NCBI GenBank assembly: GCA_002269645.1
Contig: NIVC01003798.1
Coordinates: 1-64,000 of the forward strand
Direction of reading: 5' to 3'
Origin: Macrostomum lignano
Lineage: Eukaryota
Length of the DNA stretch: 64,000 nt
The position numbers were made by a program, and so were the translations under genes. This document shows, piece after piece, positions 1 through 11,692 of this stretch (its first letter is position 1; each line of letters starts with the position of its first letter). The notes below the pieces were generated by a model. That model worked only from the letters and a program-made list of their open reading frames with translations. It did not search any database and was not told the origin of the DNA.

Positions 1-434
1 ACGAACCAGGAGGGGTAGATCCCGTTTCTTGGCTAGCCGAACCTGTAGCTCCAGGGCTGCCATTTTTGCTCCACACTGATTGCAGTATTCTGGACGTCCA
101 ACTCGGCTTCGCCGACAGCCACTACCCTTGCCCATCCTTGCCCAAAATACAATTACAACTGCATGAAAATACGAACCCGTACTGTACTCAGCAACTTGGA
201 GGCGCGATGAGAAGGGTGAGAATTAAACATTCCAGAGCGATTGATAAACAGATTGGTACAGATTAATAGAGGATTGGGTCTCCGAATCGACGTGGTGCAA
301 CTCCTCGATTCGCACGAACAGAACGACGATTCAATTCTTGCTCGGGAGGAGCGGCTACAAGAGGCTGATGGTGTGTGACGCGCTGTGCCCAAATGGGCTC
401 TGGTTCCAATTCAGCGTCACTGTTCTGCTCAGAG

Positions 435-3400
435 TCAAATACCGGCATCGGGGATCAGGAGCTTCCGGGCGGAATATCGCTCACGTGACCTGATTCCCGC
501 CGCTGCTTGAGTCCTCCTCTGGGCAGGGACGTGGAACCTAGAGCTGGCATCGATTTTCCTTAGGTTGTTGAAATGGACTACTCTAGGCCTTCGCGCACCA
601 TCGTGCAGGATTCTGTAATTGACATCGGAAAATTTTTTCAGGACTTTGGCCGGGCCTTTCCAATAGCGGTGGAACTTCGGGATTTCATTCGGTTTAATGA
701 CGGGATCGTATTCTAGAACAAGATCACCTTCATTGATCTGAGCTCCACGAGCTTGGCTGTCATAAAGCTTCTTTTGCTTCCTCTGATAGGTTCTGAGATT
801 CTCCCTCACGGCCTCGTGTGCTTGCTGAAGGTCTTCAGCCAGTCGACGAGTGAACTTGGAGAAACTCTCTGGCACCCTCTCAGTCGGATTCTCAATGTCG
901 ATCGGGAGCTGCATCTCCCTACCAAACAGAATGTAGTGCGGAGTGTAGCCTGTGCCTCTATGCACGCTAGAACGATAGGCTAGCAAACCGGGCGCAATGC
1001 AGTCTTCCCAATCTTTGTCCTCCTGCTCTAACTGACACGTTAACATGTGCTTTAGAGTCCTATTAAAGCTTTCTGCTTGCCCATCCGCCATCGGATGATA
1101 TGGAGTGGTTCGACACTTGCGGATGTCTAGCAGAGAACAAAGGTTCTTCATCAATGCTGACTCAAAGTTTGATCCCTGATCAGTGACTATCTCCTGTGGA
1201 CAACCGAATGATGAAATCCAGTGCGTGAAGATTGCACGGGCTACTGTTTTGGCACGCTGATTGGTTAACGGGATTGCACACGGCTATTTACTGAATGCGT
1301 CTTGGATTGTCAAAACAAATCTCGACCCATGCTTGGACTTCGGCAAAGGACCTATGATGTCGCACATGATTCTTTGGAACGGAAATGAGCTCGGGATGGG
1401 TTGCAGTGGTGCCCTGCTTCTTGGCGATGGTTTGCACTTTGAGCACACTAGACATGTTCGGCAGAACTCTTCAACTCTCCGAGACAGACCAGGCCACCAA
1501 AAGCGTTGCTTAAACTTTCCTTGAGTCTTCTTAACTCCGAGGTGGCATCCACTGACGCCATCATGAAGAATTTTGGCGGCTTCCTCAAACAGGGAACTCG
1601 GAAGGAGGATTCTCTTCTGTGAGCTCTCCGGCACTGTCAGGAGCAGTAGCCCATCTTCTACGACTATTCGAGTCCTATGGGCCCAGATCTCTCTCTCGAC
1701 TAAACTACTGATCGGCTCATTTTGCAGCGCTTCACCTTCCAGGAGCTGCCTTACTCGTTTTAGAGCCGGGTCAATTCTCTGAGCCTCTCTGATGCACTTG
1801 ACGCTGAGAGGTGATGCTAACACAGCGTTCACCTGTTCAGGTGCTTGTGGCGAACTGTTACAGGAAGGGCACGACTCTTGGGCCCAATGCTTTCGAACTT
1901 TACGAGACAGACTGTCCGCATTCTGATGGAAAATTCCCTTCCTGTGCGAGATCTCAAAGTCGTAACGCTGCAGCGTCTCAAGCCATCTAGCACATTGCCC
2001 CTCGACGTCCTTAAGACTTGTCAGCCACGAAAGAGCGCTATGGTCTGTCCGTATCTTAAATTTCCTTCCCAGCAAATAGTACTTGTACAGCTTTACGAAG
2101 TGTACTATCGCTAGGAGTTCAAGTCTGGTAGTGCAGTAGTTCCTTTCACAATCTGCTAGCGACCTGGATCCATAGGCAATGACGCGCTCTGACCCATCGG
2201 GTTGGCATTGCGACAAGACTGCACCGATCCCAATCTTCGAGCTGGCGTCGGTGTCCAGCACAAACGGTCCAGCTCCTTCGGAAAAGTCTGGATAGGCCAT
2301 GATCTCCGCTGATGTTAGCGATTGCTTGAGTTCGGAAAACGCCTGCTGTTGCTCTGGGCCCCAAATATACTGTGAGTCCTTGCGCATGAGCTTGAACAAC
2401 GCGGCTGCCTTTATTGAGAAGTCATTCACGAAATTTCTGTAGTAGGAGCAGAGGCCCAAAAATGACTGCAGTTCTTTTATATTCTTGGGTGTGGGCCAGT
2501 TTCGAATTTCTTCTGTCTTCGCAGGATCTGTCGCAATACCTTCAGACGATACGACGTGCCCTAAGAACTTGGCTTCCTTGGACAGAAAATGGCATTTCTT
2601 GGCTTTCAAGCGGATCCCAGCAGTTCGTAAGCGATCGAAAACATGCTGGAGCCGCTCAAAATGCTCTTCGTAGGACTTTGAAAAAACTATTATATCGTCA
2701 AAATATACAAGACACTCTCTCCATGTCAGACCAGCCATAACAAGGTTCATCAGCTTGACGAAAGTCGCAGGGGCATTTCTTAGCCCAAAACTCACATATC
2801 GCCAGGCGAACTGACCTCTATTTGGAACTACGAATGCCGTCTTAAGTTGATCTTTAGGATCTAGCGGGCACTGGTGATAGCCTGAAGCCAAGTCTAGAGT
2901 TGAAAAAATAGCATTTCCTGCAAGTGCTTCTAAGGTTTCATCCATTCGCGGCGGCGGAAATGGGTCAGGATTGGTTACTTCATTTAGTCGGCGATAATCC
3001 AGGCACAGCCTGATGGATCCGTCCTTCTTCCGCACAGGTACGACCGGGCTGACCCACGGGGATTGACACTCGTAGATCCTACCGCAGTCTATTAGCCTGT
3101 CAATTTCTTTATCGATTTCTGGCCTTATGTGCGGTGGGATGCGGCGTGGTGGTTCTCTAGTTGGCCTGGCGTCCCCGGTGTCTATGGTATGCATTGCCTG
3201 GTCCGTTGAACCCAGCTCGCTATCGTCCTTGGCGAAGAAATCTCTGTTCTGACGGATCAACTTTATGAACGACACCTGCTGGTCTTCGGACAAGTCCGGC
3301 GAGTCCCAACTGCCCAGATGCTTTACAGGATCCCAGTCTTTGTCGAGAGAAACCCGGTTAACTTGTGCTTTGGGTTCTTGATCGTGATTTGGTTGGCTGT

Positions 3401-4160
3401 CATGGACGGGCGAGAACCAGCCAATCTGCTTCCCTTTTGTTAGTACTACAGGTTCTCCCGACACATTGGTGATCTTGACAGGGACGGAACCGTCAGCAGA
3501 GGGTACGACAACTGACCTAGCCAGCATCACGTGGCCTTCAGTCTGGGAGCGGGTCTCTGCCATTCCTAAGAACCGAAATTCCTTCACTCCTCTCCGACTC
3601 AGCTTAGCTCGAATGATTTGAGACCGATTTGCAGGAACTGTTTCCGATTTCGAAATGACTATCCGGCAGAGGATGGGTCGCTCAGAAGTCATACGAAAAG
3701 GAAAAGTTCCTACTGAAGTGACGATCTGAAGGTTCGCTAAATCCAATTTGGCTGCTTGGCAACGGAAAAAATCTGCACCAAGGATGCAGTGATGCAGTAT
3801 GTGTGAGACGACGACAAAGGTGTGGCAAAATCTATGCGAGCCAATCGAAAATTCCCCAACGCACTCACCCAGCACATTTATGACATCGCCATTTGCAACT
3901 TGAATACTCTCTCCTATGTAGCTTGGCTTCAACACGGCTCGATTCGAGTTCCTCTTCCACGCGGCTTCACTTAACAGTGAGATACTCGAGCCGGAATCTA
4001 GCAAACATGCCATACTACTTGTTCTGCCTTCAAATATCACATCAACAAAACCAAGTTCTGTACCTTGTGCGGGTTGGCTCGGTGCGCTGGGTTGGGCCTC
4101 TACTGCTGGTTCGGGTGGGTGCCTGGGCGGCCCTGCCTCCAGGTCCCCTGACCGTTTCCC
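435..4160 (-). CDS. pol: Gypsy Pol (protease, RT, RNase H, integrase) in the -1 frame of gag, with one in-frame TAG at 1284-1286
   Basis: Motifs: LLDSGSS (protease); LDLASGYHQ and YFDDII (RT); TDAS and TDHSAL (RNase H); H..H..C..C zinc finger; CDIIGP / TDQGSNF / AESFNRTL (DDE); WKGPAKV (GPY/F). ORFs 1284..4040 and 435..1154 share a frame, and the sequence reads through the stop as FSK*PCAIPL. Confidence 0.95.
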
Positions 4161-5068
4161 GTCTGCTGCTGGTCTCTCTGCAGTTTAAAACACCTAGCCC
4201 GTTTGTGACCGGACCGGTTGCAGTAATTGCAAACTATAGGATTTCTGCATTGCTGGGTCGTGTGGGTGGTCTCGAGGCAGCGACCACACTGGAAAGTTCT
4301 CTGAGCTGGTGCTGCAGCCTGGGCAGGTTGGGGATTAGGGTGCTTATGATAGCGGACTCCAGTTCCCGATCCAGCCTTCAGGACTTGCAGCTCCGCCCTC
4401 AGTTCTTTCAGCTCTTCGCGGAGCCTGACTGCCTCATCTTGCGTGTTACTTGCGGATACGTTCGCTGAGGGCCAAGGTTTCTCAGTGCTCGATTGAGCTG
4501 TGCGGAGGGATGCCATACCCTGTCTTACACGCCTACAAGCTGCGTCGAGGGTACCCGGTTCCTCCAATAGCAAGTGTTCACGAATTCTATCGGCGATTCT
4601 GGCACCTAGCAGGAACCGGTCTCTTGCTAGCTCATCTCTCTGTTCTACCGGCAGGTTTGGGTAGGCCCGGCGGACAATTTCTCGAAGAGCGTCGGCATAA
4701 TCTTCCACAGATTCATCCTTCTTCTGGTCCCGACCCCTCAGTTCGATCTTACTGTCCTGTGGGGTGTGATGCTGATTAAACCGCTGTGAAAGGCGCTCAA
4801 CAAAATCGTCAAACTCTAGATCGTCCGGTAACTCAAGGTTGGCAATGGCTCGGTAAGCTGAGTTGAAGTCCATCATACTAAGTAGGTGCTGCTTCCTATC
4901 TTCCTCGGGGATTTCTGCAGCCTCACAATACGCTGTAAACTGCTGCATCCATAGAGCAAAATCCTGACTCAGCACAAACTTGGATGGTCGGGGCACTCTT
5001 TGCCCTACGTTCAAATTATTCTGCACTCTAGCTGTAAGCGCATTGATGAGGTCGTCAACGTTGGCCAT
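4100..5068 (-). CDS. gag: Gypsy Gag (322 aa)
   Basis: First ORF after the PBS. It has two CCHC-type knuckles (CGRCLETTHTTQQC, CNYCNRSGHKRARC) and a capsid-like region (LARDRFLLG). Confidence 0.93.
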   Translation of the reverse strand: MANVDDLINALTARVQNNLNVGQRVPRPSKFVLSQDFALWMQQFTAYCEAAEIPEEDRKQHLLSMMDFNSAYRAIANLELPDDLEFDDFVERLSQRFNQHHTPQDSKIELRGRDQKKDESVEDYADALREIVRRAYPNLPVEQRDELARDRFLLGARIADRIREHLLLEEPGTLDAACRRVRQGMASLRTAQSSTEKPWPSANVSASNTQDEAVRLREELKELRAELQVLKAGSGTGVRYHKHPNPQPAQAAAPAQRTFQCGRCLETTHTTQQCRNPIVCNYCNRSGHKRARCFKLQRDQQQTGNGQGTWRQGRPGTHPNQQ

Positions 5069-5216
5069 CGGGATTCGAAAGACAACTTCAGGAAGAAAAG
5101 ACTAAGAGATTGACTGGGATAGAGAAGGAGACAGACTAACAGTGCATAGATCTAAGAGGCGCGCAAGCTGCTAACAAATAAACGTACAACCCAGGTTACA
5201 GTAAACTAAACTCCTA

Positions 5217-5235
5217 AATCCTGGTCACGGCACCA
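5217..5235 (-). promoter_or_regulatory. Primer-binding site, tRNA-His
   Basis: Minus strand reads TGGTGCCGTGACCAGGATT. The first 12 nt are complementary to the eukaryotic tRNA-His 3' end (...GTCACGGCACCA). Confidence 0.85.
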
Positions 5236-5236
5236 G

Positions 5237-5943
5237 TGTTGTGTCACTACACGTGATCGAAACAGCCCCCTAAGAACGCTCTGCAGTGATCGAGCCTGGA
5301 GATGGCGTCAGCCCACTGACCGGACTGACTCCGTAACTGAGCGTGGGGTCGCGTCGAGGTAGGGTAGTCAGTCCGTCCCTGAGGTGTACAGTACCCACTT
5401 CGCACGAAGCCCAAATGAGTAATGAATGCAGGCGCAGGTCTTACTTTGATTTCCAATCTGCTCGACGATGGGCAAGGCAGCGAATTCGTCAATTTGTAGA
5501 ACTGAGATTCTTGCTGTTGAAGTTTGTAGGTTCTGAAGAGTAGTCTAGTGTCAGGCGTCAACAAGCGCGCTCGCCCTGCCCACCGCCAGCAATTCTCTAT
5601 TTATTTGGACTGCCTGGCGTAAGCCCTAGGGTCTCACGCCAGACAGCATTATCAAAACCCAACTTATTGGCCAATCACCAATTGACAAGGGCTAACAAAA
5701 GGGGGAGAGAGGGCCCAGACCAGCCAATCCGGCTGGGTACGCATAAAGAAAAGGGGCAGAGCATAAGAGCTGATACACAACTGGGGAGGGGGGGGGTTAG
5801 CGCAGGCAGAAATGGGGGGGGCTGACACAAACAGAATGGGGGGTGGCGCAGGCACGCGGCCAGGAGGGGTGGGAGTGCAGTGCCGGGCGCACTTGACCGA
5901 GAGCCAGAGATTGCTCATCGGTGCAAGCGCACCCGGCACAACA
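5237..5943 (-). repeat. 5' LTR (707 bp) of the Gypsy element
   Basis: Bounded by the 7-bp inverted termini TGTTGTG (5237) and CACAACA (5937-5943). It sits 1 nt from the PBS and has AATAAA on the minus strand at 5600-5605. Confidence 0.85.
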
Positions 5944-5991
5944 TAAGCATGCAAAATTTGTGCGGGAATCAGTGGGGAAAAGCTCACTTAC

Positions 5992-8626
5992 ACGACAGCC
6001 ACTTCAACAGCCTCAGTGTCTGGCGGCGGCAGCCAGATGCAGATGCTGGGCACCTCCATCACTGTTCCATCGGCCTTGGCCACCTTCCAGTTGAATGAGT
6101 TTGAGTTGTCCAGTATTGTCACCTCCTCGGAGTCGTTCAGAGTGTTCTGGTGGGAGAGAATAGAATGCATAGTGAGCATAGGATGCATCAGTGAGCATAG
6201 GATGCATAGTGAGCATAGGATGCATAGTGAGCATAAGATGCATAGTGAGCATAGAATGAATCAGTGAGCATAGAATGAATCAGTGAGCATAGAATGCATA
6301 GTGAGCATAGAATGCATAGTGAGCATACGATGCATAGTGAGCATAGGATGCATAGTGAGCATAGGATGCATAGTGAGCATAAGATGCATAGTGAGCATAA
6401 GATGCATAGTGAGCATAAGATGCATAGTGAGCATAGGATGCATCAGTGAGCATAGGATGCATAGTAAGTGAACATCGGAACATGCATATCCCACTGCAGA
6501 CCAACATTGCAGACCCCACACTGCAGACCCCACACTGCAGACGTCACATTGCAGACCCCACACTGCAGACCCCCCACTGCAGACGTCACATTGCAGACCC
6601 CACACTGCAGACCCCACACTGCAGACGTCACATTGCAGACCCCACACTGCAGACCCCCCACTGCAGACGTCACACTGCAGACCCAAGATTGCAGACCCCA
6701 CACTGCAGACCCCACATTGCAGACCTCAACTGCAGACCCCAACTGCAGACCTCACACTGCAGACGTCACACTGCAGACCCAAGATTGCAGACCCCACACT
6801 GCAGACCCCACACTGCAGACCCCAGATACGCATAAGCAAGCAAACCTCTCCATCGTCGAAACGGAAAATATTTCTGGCCGGATAGCCAACATCCACTGGC
6901 TGGCAGCGGCGGTACAGCGGCACCACGCTGTGACTCTTCGACATCAGCTGGTCGGTGCGCTGTGACAGCAGCAGCAGCTGTGAGTAGTTGTCCTGAAGAA
7001 AAGAGAAATATTTTTTAGGTTTCACGCCTTGATACCAGTACACCTATTACAAGTCATCATTGCAAGTGGAGGTAAAAAGGTTTCCGACGTATAATGATGA
7101 GGACTGTGGATGGTAAAGTTATTTATTGGATTCTCACCCATCAGGGCCAACCCCCAACAGAGAGTGTTGTACATGCCTGAAGGTAAGAAAGTCAAAGGGC
7201 TGCTTGTACACCCTTTGTGAGCCCGTGTGCACGAGGGCGTGCCTCAACTCTGGTTGTGAGAGGATTTCGTACTCACAACCCTTCTGTGAATATTTCTTGT
7301 CTTTTTTCGCTGGACCATGAGCATTGGAGGAGGCCGCAACCCCTAAAGGGCGCTGCGATATACAGTGTCTTCGTGGGCGCCCCTGCCACTGTCTTCTGGG
7401 CCAGTGCAGCTCGTATGCCACATCCAACAGATGGCAAAAGTTAGTTATGGAGGGACAGCGGCCCGTTGGTCTTCCTCTGCGTTCCTCCACTGTATTTGCC
7501 TGCCGACGCTTTGACACGAAATCCAATTTAATCCCATTTATCCCCTGCATTTTTCCGCAATCACAGAAGAAACTCACACTCAAGACCGTGTTCATTCGCT
7601 GCATAGAGCTCAGCTGTCCTGTTGGCGGAATCGAACCAACGACTTGAGCGTTAGCCAGATTTCGCGAGTTGATCACCTCTTCTAGCTCGTTGGCTTCGTG
7701 ATAGAACCATTGATAATCCGCCGAATTCTTCAGGTGCAGCTGGGTCAGCTCGCCGAGCCGAGTCACCCATTCCCAGGTCTGCGACACCTCGTTGCTGAGT
7801 TGCTGAAGTTTTGGGTTTAAGCAAACGCTTTGCAGGATTGATAGCTCTTATATAGTAAAAAGAAAGTCTGGGAAGTGACGTTTTGGGGAATAGTTAAAGA
7901 AAATTAATGATTTATCATACACCTGAGCACCGGAGTTATCTTATGTAAGCTATTGCATGGTTTTTGTCCTAAAAATCGATATATTCAATGCAACCCTGAC
8001 TTTCTAGTCATCACTACTTGTAGTTCTGTGCTTTGCTCAGGCTTTTTTGCAAGTTCAACAAGCCAGTTTTTATGATATGCTACCACCGCGGCAATAAAGC
8101 AAATTTTTATGGCGAAATTTGAATTTTTGCATCTCTCAAGTGTATTCTTTCTGGGCTTTGAGCTTTGTAACTTTACAATAATACCTCGTACTTTTCGAAA
8201 CTTGTCAAGCTTGTGAGTGGATTTTGAACGAAGCACTATTTAAGTATTTCGCACCTTTTTCTCCAATAGTTCCGTGTTGTCACGCTGGGACAGAGCGATG
8301 GCTTGGCCCTCCACTTGGCGGCAGCACTCGGCTAGGTTGCTTTCAAGGCTGGAGATCTGTCTCAGGTAGGCGATAGCGTCCTTGTTGATTGACACTTGGC
8401 CGCGAGCCTGCTGCAGCTTCTGCGCTTCGGACGATGAAGCGATCGCCAGCTGCTCTTCTAGGCTGGCAATCTTGGCAAGGAGCGACTCCTGCGTTCGGCT
8501 CTGGTGCAGCAGGGCTTGCTGGCTGCAGCCCAGTCGCGGCGAGGCGATCACGTCAGCGTTGGCCGTCAGCCAGGCTTGCGCCGCCTCGATTACATCGGGG
8601 TTGTCTGGCGTCTCCAGCGAAGCCAT
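5992..8626 (-). CDS. Plakin-domain gene A (desmoplakin/plectin-like SR3-SR5 + SH3); downstream exons are not in the window
   Basis: Exons 8626(ATG)-8255, 7802-7578, 6992-6846 and 6146-5992 have canonical GT-AG sites and consistent phases. Peptides VSQTWEWVTRLGELTQLHLKNSADYQWFYHEA and ILDNSNSFNWKV...MEVPSICIWLPPPD match the plakin hallmarks LQTQWSW...HLKENAAYFQFF and SH3 VPSV..IPPP. A possible 5'UTR exon ends at the GTAAGT donor near 9390. Confidence 0.85.
6161..6465. repeat. 18-bp minisatellite (ATGCATAGTGAGCATAGG) in a plakin A intron
   Basis: Tandem units visible directly. Confidence 0.95.
6494..6823. repeat. 14-bp minisatellite (CTGCAGACCCCACA) with variant units
   Basis: Tandem units visible directly. 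Confidence 0.93.
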
Positions 8627-8777
8627 CGTTTGACAATGGCTGGAAAAGCGATGGAGGCGGTGAGGCGTTCTTGATTCACGTTTCAGATACAAGATTGACA
8701 GCTTTTGGTAGATAAACACGCGTGTCTATCTTTGTTGGCTGCCTTCTGGGACTATTTGATAAGTGTTCTTTCTGTGG

Positions 8778-9305
8778 CGTGGAATGCGCTGGGGGGTTCA
8801 TTCTGGAGCTCGACATGCACTGTGGTTCATTCTGGAGTGTGACAATGCCCTGGGGGTTCATTCTGGGGATGTGACGATTCCCTGGGCGTTTATTCTGGGG
8901 ATGTGACAATGCTCTGGGCGTTTATTCTGGGGATGTGACAATGCTCTGGGGGGTTCATTCTGGGGATGTGACAATGCTCTGGGCGTTTATTCTGGGGATG
9001 TGACAATGCTCTGGGGGATCCATTCTGGGGATGTGACAATGCCCTGGGCGTTTATTCTGGGGATGTGACGATTCCCTGGGCGTTTATTCTGGGGATGTGA
9101 CGATTCCCTGGGCGTTTATTCTGGGGATGTGACAATGCTCTGGGGGATCCATTCTGGCGATGTGACAATGCTCTGGGGGATCCATTCTGGCGATGTTACA
9201 ATGCTCTGGGGGATTCATTCTGGCGATGTGACAATGCTCTGGGGTATCCATTCTGGCGATGTGACAATGCGCTGGGGAGTTCATTCTGGGGATGTGATAA
9301 TGCGC
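8778..9305. repeat. 32-33-bp minisatellite (GGGGATGTGACAATGCTCTGGGCGTTTATTCT)
   Basis: About 16 degenerate tandem units. Confidence 0.93.
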
Positions 9306-9609
9306 TAATTAAATATACAATGTGTAGCATGTAAATAATCTGAATTCAAAACTTCAAATTGTTTCAGTAAGGAATAACTTGAAAACTTACCTCACAAAAA
9401 ATTAAAAGAAATTGAACCTTTTTGAAACTGTTTTGCAATTGAATGCTTGCAGGGTTTGAAACTGTTAGCAGAGTTTTTAGTATTGAAGTTAATGCCTTGC
9501 CTTGTATTCGGGGCTTGGTAAGGCTGCTTTTATGCTTGACAGACTCTGAACAGCTTCTCAATTTTATTCTGTCTGTCCGCCTGAGACTCTGAGCTCAACT
9601 ACACACTCC

Positions 9610-9662
<53 letters not shown>
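9610..9662. repeat. (GA)n microsatellite
   Basis: Seen directly. Confidence 0.98.
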
Positions 9663-9667
<5 letters not shown>

Positions 9668-10439
9668 AACTTAAACGATCCATAAAATTCTACATGTAAA
9701 TCTCTATTGTATTCACTGGTCCACGGAGTCTCCTGTCTGCCTATGAGTAAATACGCTATTGAAGCCCAGAGCTGTCTACATCAATAGAGGTGCACAAACT
9801 TCACGGCGAAACGTGCTCTCAGCAAAATGCGCGGGCAACTTGCTGGATCAGGTGAGATGGAGACAGACAGAGAGACAGATAGAGAGAGAATAAAAGTTTC
9901 CTTTGGGTAGGAGCGGGTCATCAGAACTGCTGCAAGACGGGCGTAGAAAGGCAAAGAAAATTGCAGAAGAAAAAACTTTGAGCATTTTGGCAGAAAAAAA
10001 CGGCAAGAGTGAGCACTGACCAATCGGTCAAAGGTATTTGGCTGCATGGTTTAAATCCAAGCAAAAGCTCCTAAAGCTTGCAGGTTGATGAGTGCAATTC
10101 TACACTTCACTTTAGCTCCTGTAGACAGACATTATTTACTCTGGTTTGCAGCCACTGCTGGATTATAAAGATGTGAGCTATAAAAAGTTAACCAGACAAG
10201 GGAAACATAGGAGAACTGAAGTAAAAGGATGCCATACTTAGGCATTCCAAACTTGGGATTATTTAGGGAATTAATTTTTTAGGGATTTGGTATCCGTCGG
10301 GATCCCGAAATTTCATGGCTTTAATGTCGGGATCGTTCCGTCCGGAGTAGAACATTCTTTTCATTGCGGTACCAGCGTATTTTTAGAATTTTTATAATAT
10401 AATAAAATTACTCGTAGATTAATTGATTAATGGCCAGAT

Positions 10440-10712
10440 GTGCAACCGACAGCTCAGCCGCAGCTATTGCGCGGCGCATCTGAAGGCTGCGTACGGCTGT
10501 TCAGTCCAAGGACTGGGGGGGGGGGGTCGCCACACACCCTCAATTACCCCAGTTAATGCTGGCACCCATTTTACAGCTGGGTGAACTGAAGCATTGCACA
10601 GTCAAGTGTCTTGCTCAAGGTGAAGGACACAAATTGTTCCGAGTGGGTCATGAATCGAACCCCCGACTTTCCAGTCGTGATTCCGACGCTCTAACCACTA
10701 AACTACAACCCC
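10440..10712 (-). mobile_element. tRNA-derived SINE
   Basis: Minus-strand head GGGGTTGTAGTTTAGTGGTTAGAGC carries box A, and box B is GGTTCGATTC (10652-10661). The central CCTTGAGCAAGACACTT...CACCCAGCTGTAAAATGGGT resembles conserved metazoan SINE core domains. The 3' tail recurs at 54909-54978. Confidence 0.8.
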
Positions 10713-10797
10713 TAGATTCGTAGAATCTTTATTTTTCAGCATTTTTATTGAATTGTAAAAGTTTTATTTAAAACCATTTCTGCCCCCTCAAGCCTGT

Positions 10798-11692
10798 GCA
10801 CTCACTCTGAGAAAACCGGTTGGCTGCAGAGCAGCCATAGACATCTGGGTCCGCCCAAAGCAGCCACAGCATTCACTCTTTGAAAACCCACTGGCTGCAG
10901 AGCAGCCATAGACATCTGGGTCCGCCCAAAGCAGCCACAGCATTCACTCTTTGAAAACCCACTGGCAGCAGAGCAGCCATAGACATCTGGGTCCGCCCAA
11001 AGCAGCCACAGCATTCACTCTTTGAAAACCCACTGGCAGCAGAGCAGCCATAAACATCTGGGTCCGCCCAAAGCAGCCACAGCATTCACTCTTTGAAAAC
11101 CCACTGGCAGCAGAGCAGCCATAGACATCTGGGTCCGCCCAAAGCAGCCACAGCATTCACTCTTTGAAAACCCACTGGCAGCAGAGCAGCCATAGACATC
11201 TGGGTCCGCCCAAAGCAGCCACAGCATTCACTCTTTGAAAACCCACTGGCAGCAGAGCAGCCATAGACATCTGGGTCCGCCCAAAGCAGCCACAGCATTC
11301 ACTCTTTGAAAACCCACTGGCAGCAGAGCAGCCATAGACATCTGGGTCCGCCCAAAGCAGCCACAGCATTCACTCTTTGAAAACCCACTGGCAGCAGAGC
11401 AGCCATAGACATCTGGGTCCGCCCAAAGCAGCCACAGCATTCACTCTTTGAAAACCCACTGGCAGCAGAGCAGCCATAGACATCTGGGTCCGCCCAAAGC
11501 AGCCACAGCATTCACTCTTTGAAAACCCACTGGCAGCAGAGCAGCCATAGACATCTGGGTCCGCCCAAAGCAGCCACAGCATTCACTCTTTGAAAACCCA
11601 CTGGCAGCAGAGCAGCCATAGACATCTGGGTCCGCCCAAAGCAACCACAGCATTCACTCTTTGAAAACCCACTGGCAGCAGAGCAGCCATAG
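10798..11692. repeat. 71-bp tandem repeat, ~12.6 nearly identical copies
   Basis: 71-bp period, seen as a ladder of identical 70-aa ORFs offset by 71 nt. Confidence 0.98.

Larger units (their letters stand above)
435..5943 (-). mobile_element. Ty3/Gypsy LTR retrotransposon, near-intact; 3' LTR lies beyond the left edge of the window
   Basis: Order on the minus strand: LTR, PBS, gag, then pol with PR-RT-RH-INT (integrase after RNase H is the Gypsy order). No second LTR is visible in 1-435. Confidence 0.97.

Noticed and set aside
8000-8110. Possible extra plakin A exon (AYHKNWLVELAKKPEQSTELQ)
   Set aside because: It would fit the plakin alignment, but the donor (GTAGTG) is weak, no clear acceptor is present and gene B has no counterpart. 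Left out of the model.
9780-10010. Plus-strand GTGAGA/GTGAGC donors and a short K/E-rich frame suggesting extra exons
   Set aside because: Phases are inconsistent, there is no recognisable protein similarity and no clear start or continuation.
10640-10712. Functional tRNA gene
   Set aside because: The acceptor and anticodon stems do not pair properly, and the sequence continues into a SINE body and tail.
10798-11692. 71-bp array, and the 47-bp and 42-bp arrays, as CRISPR arrays
   Set aside because: Units are contiguous with no unique spacers, there are no cas genes, and the context is eukaryotic.
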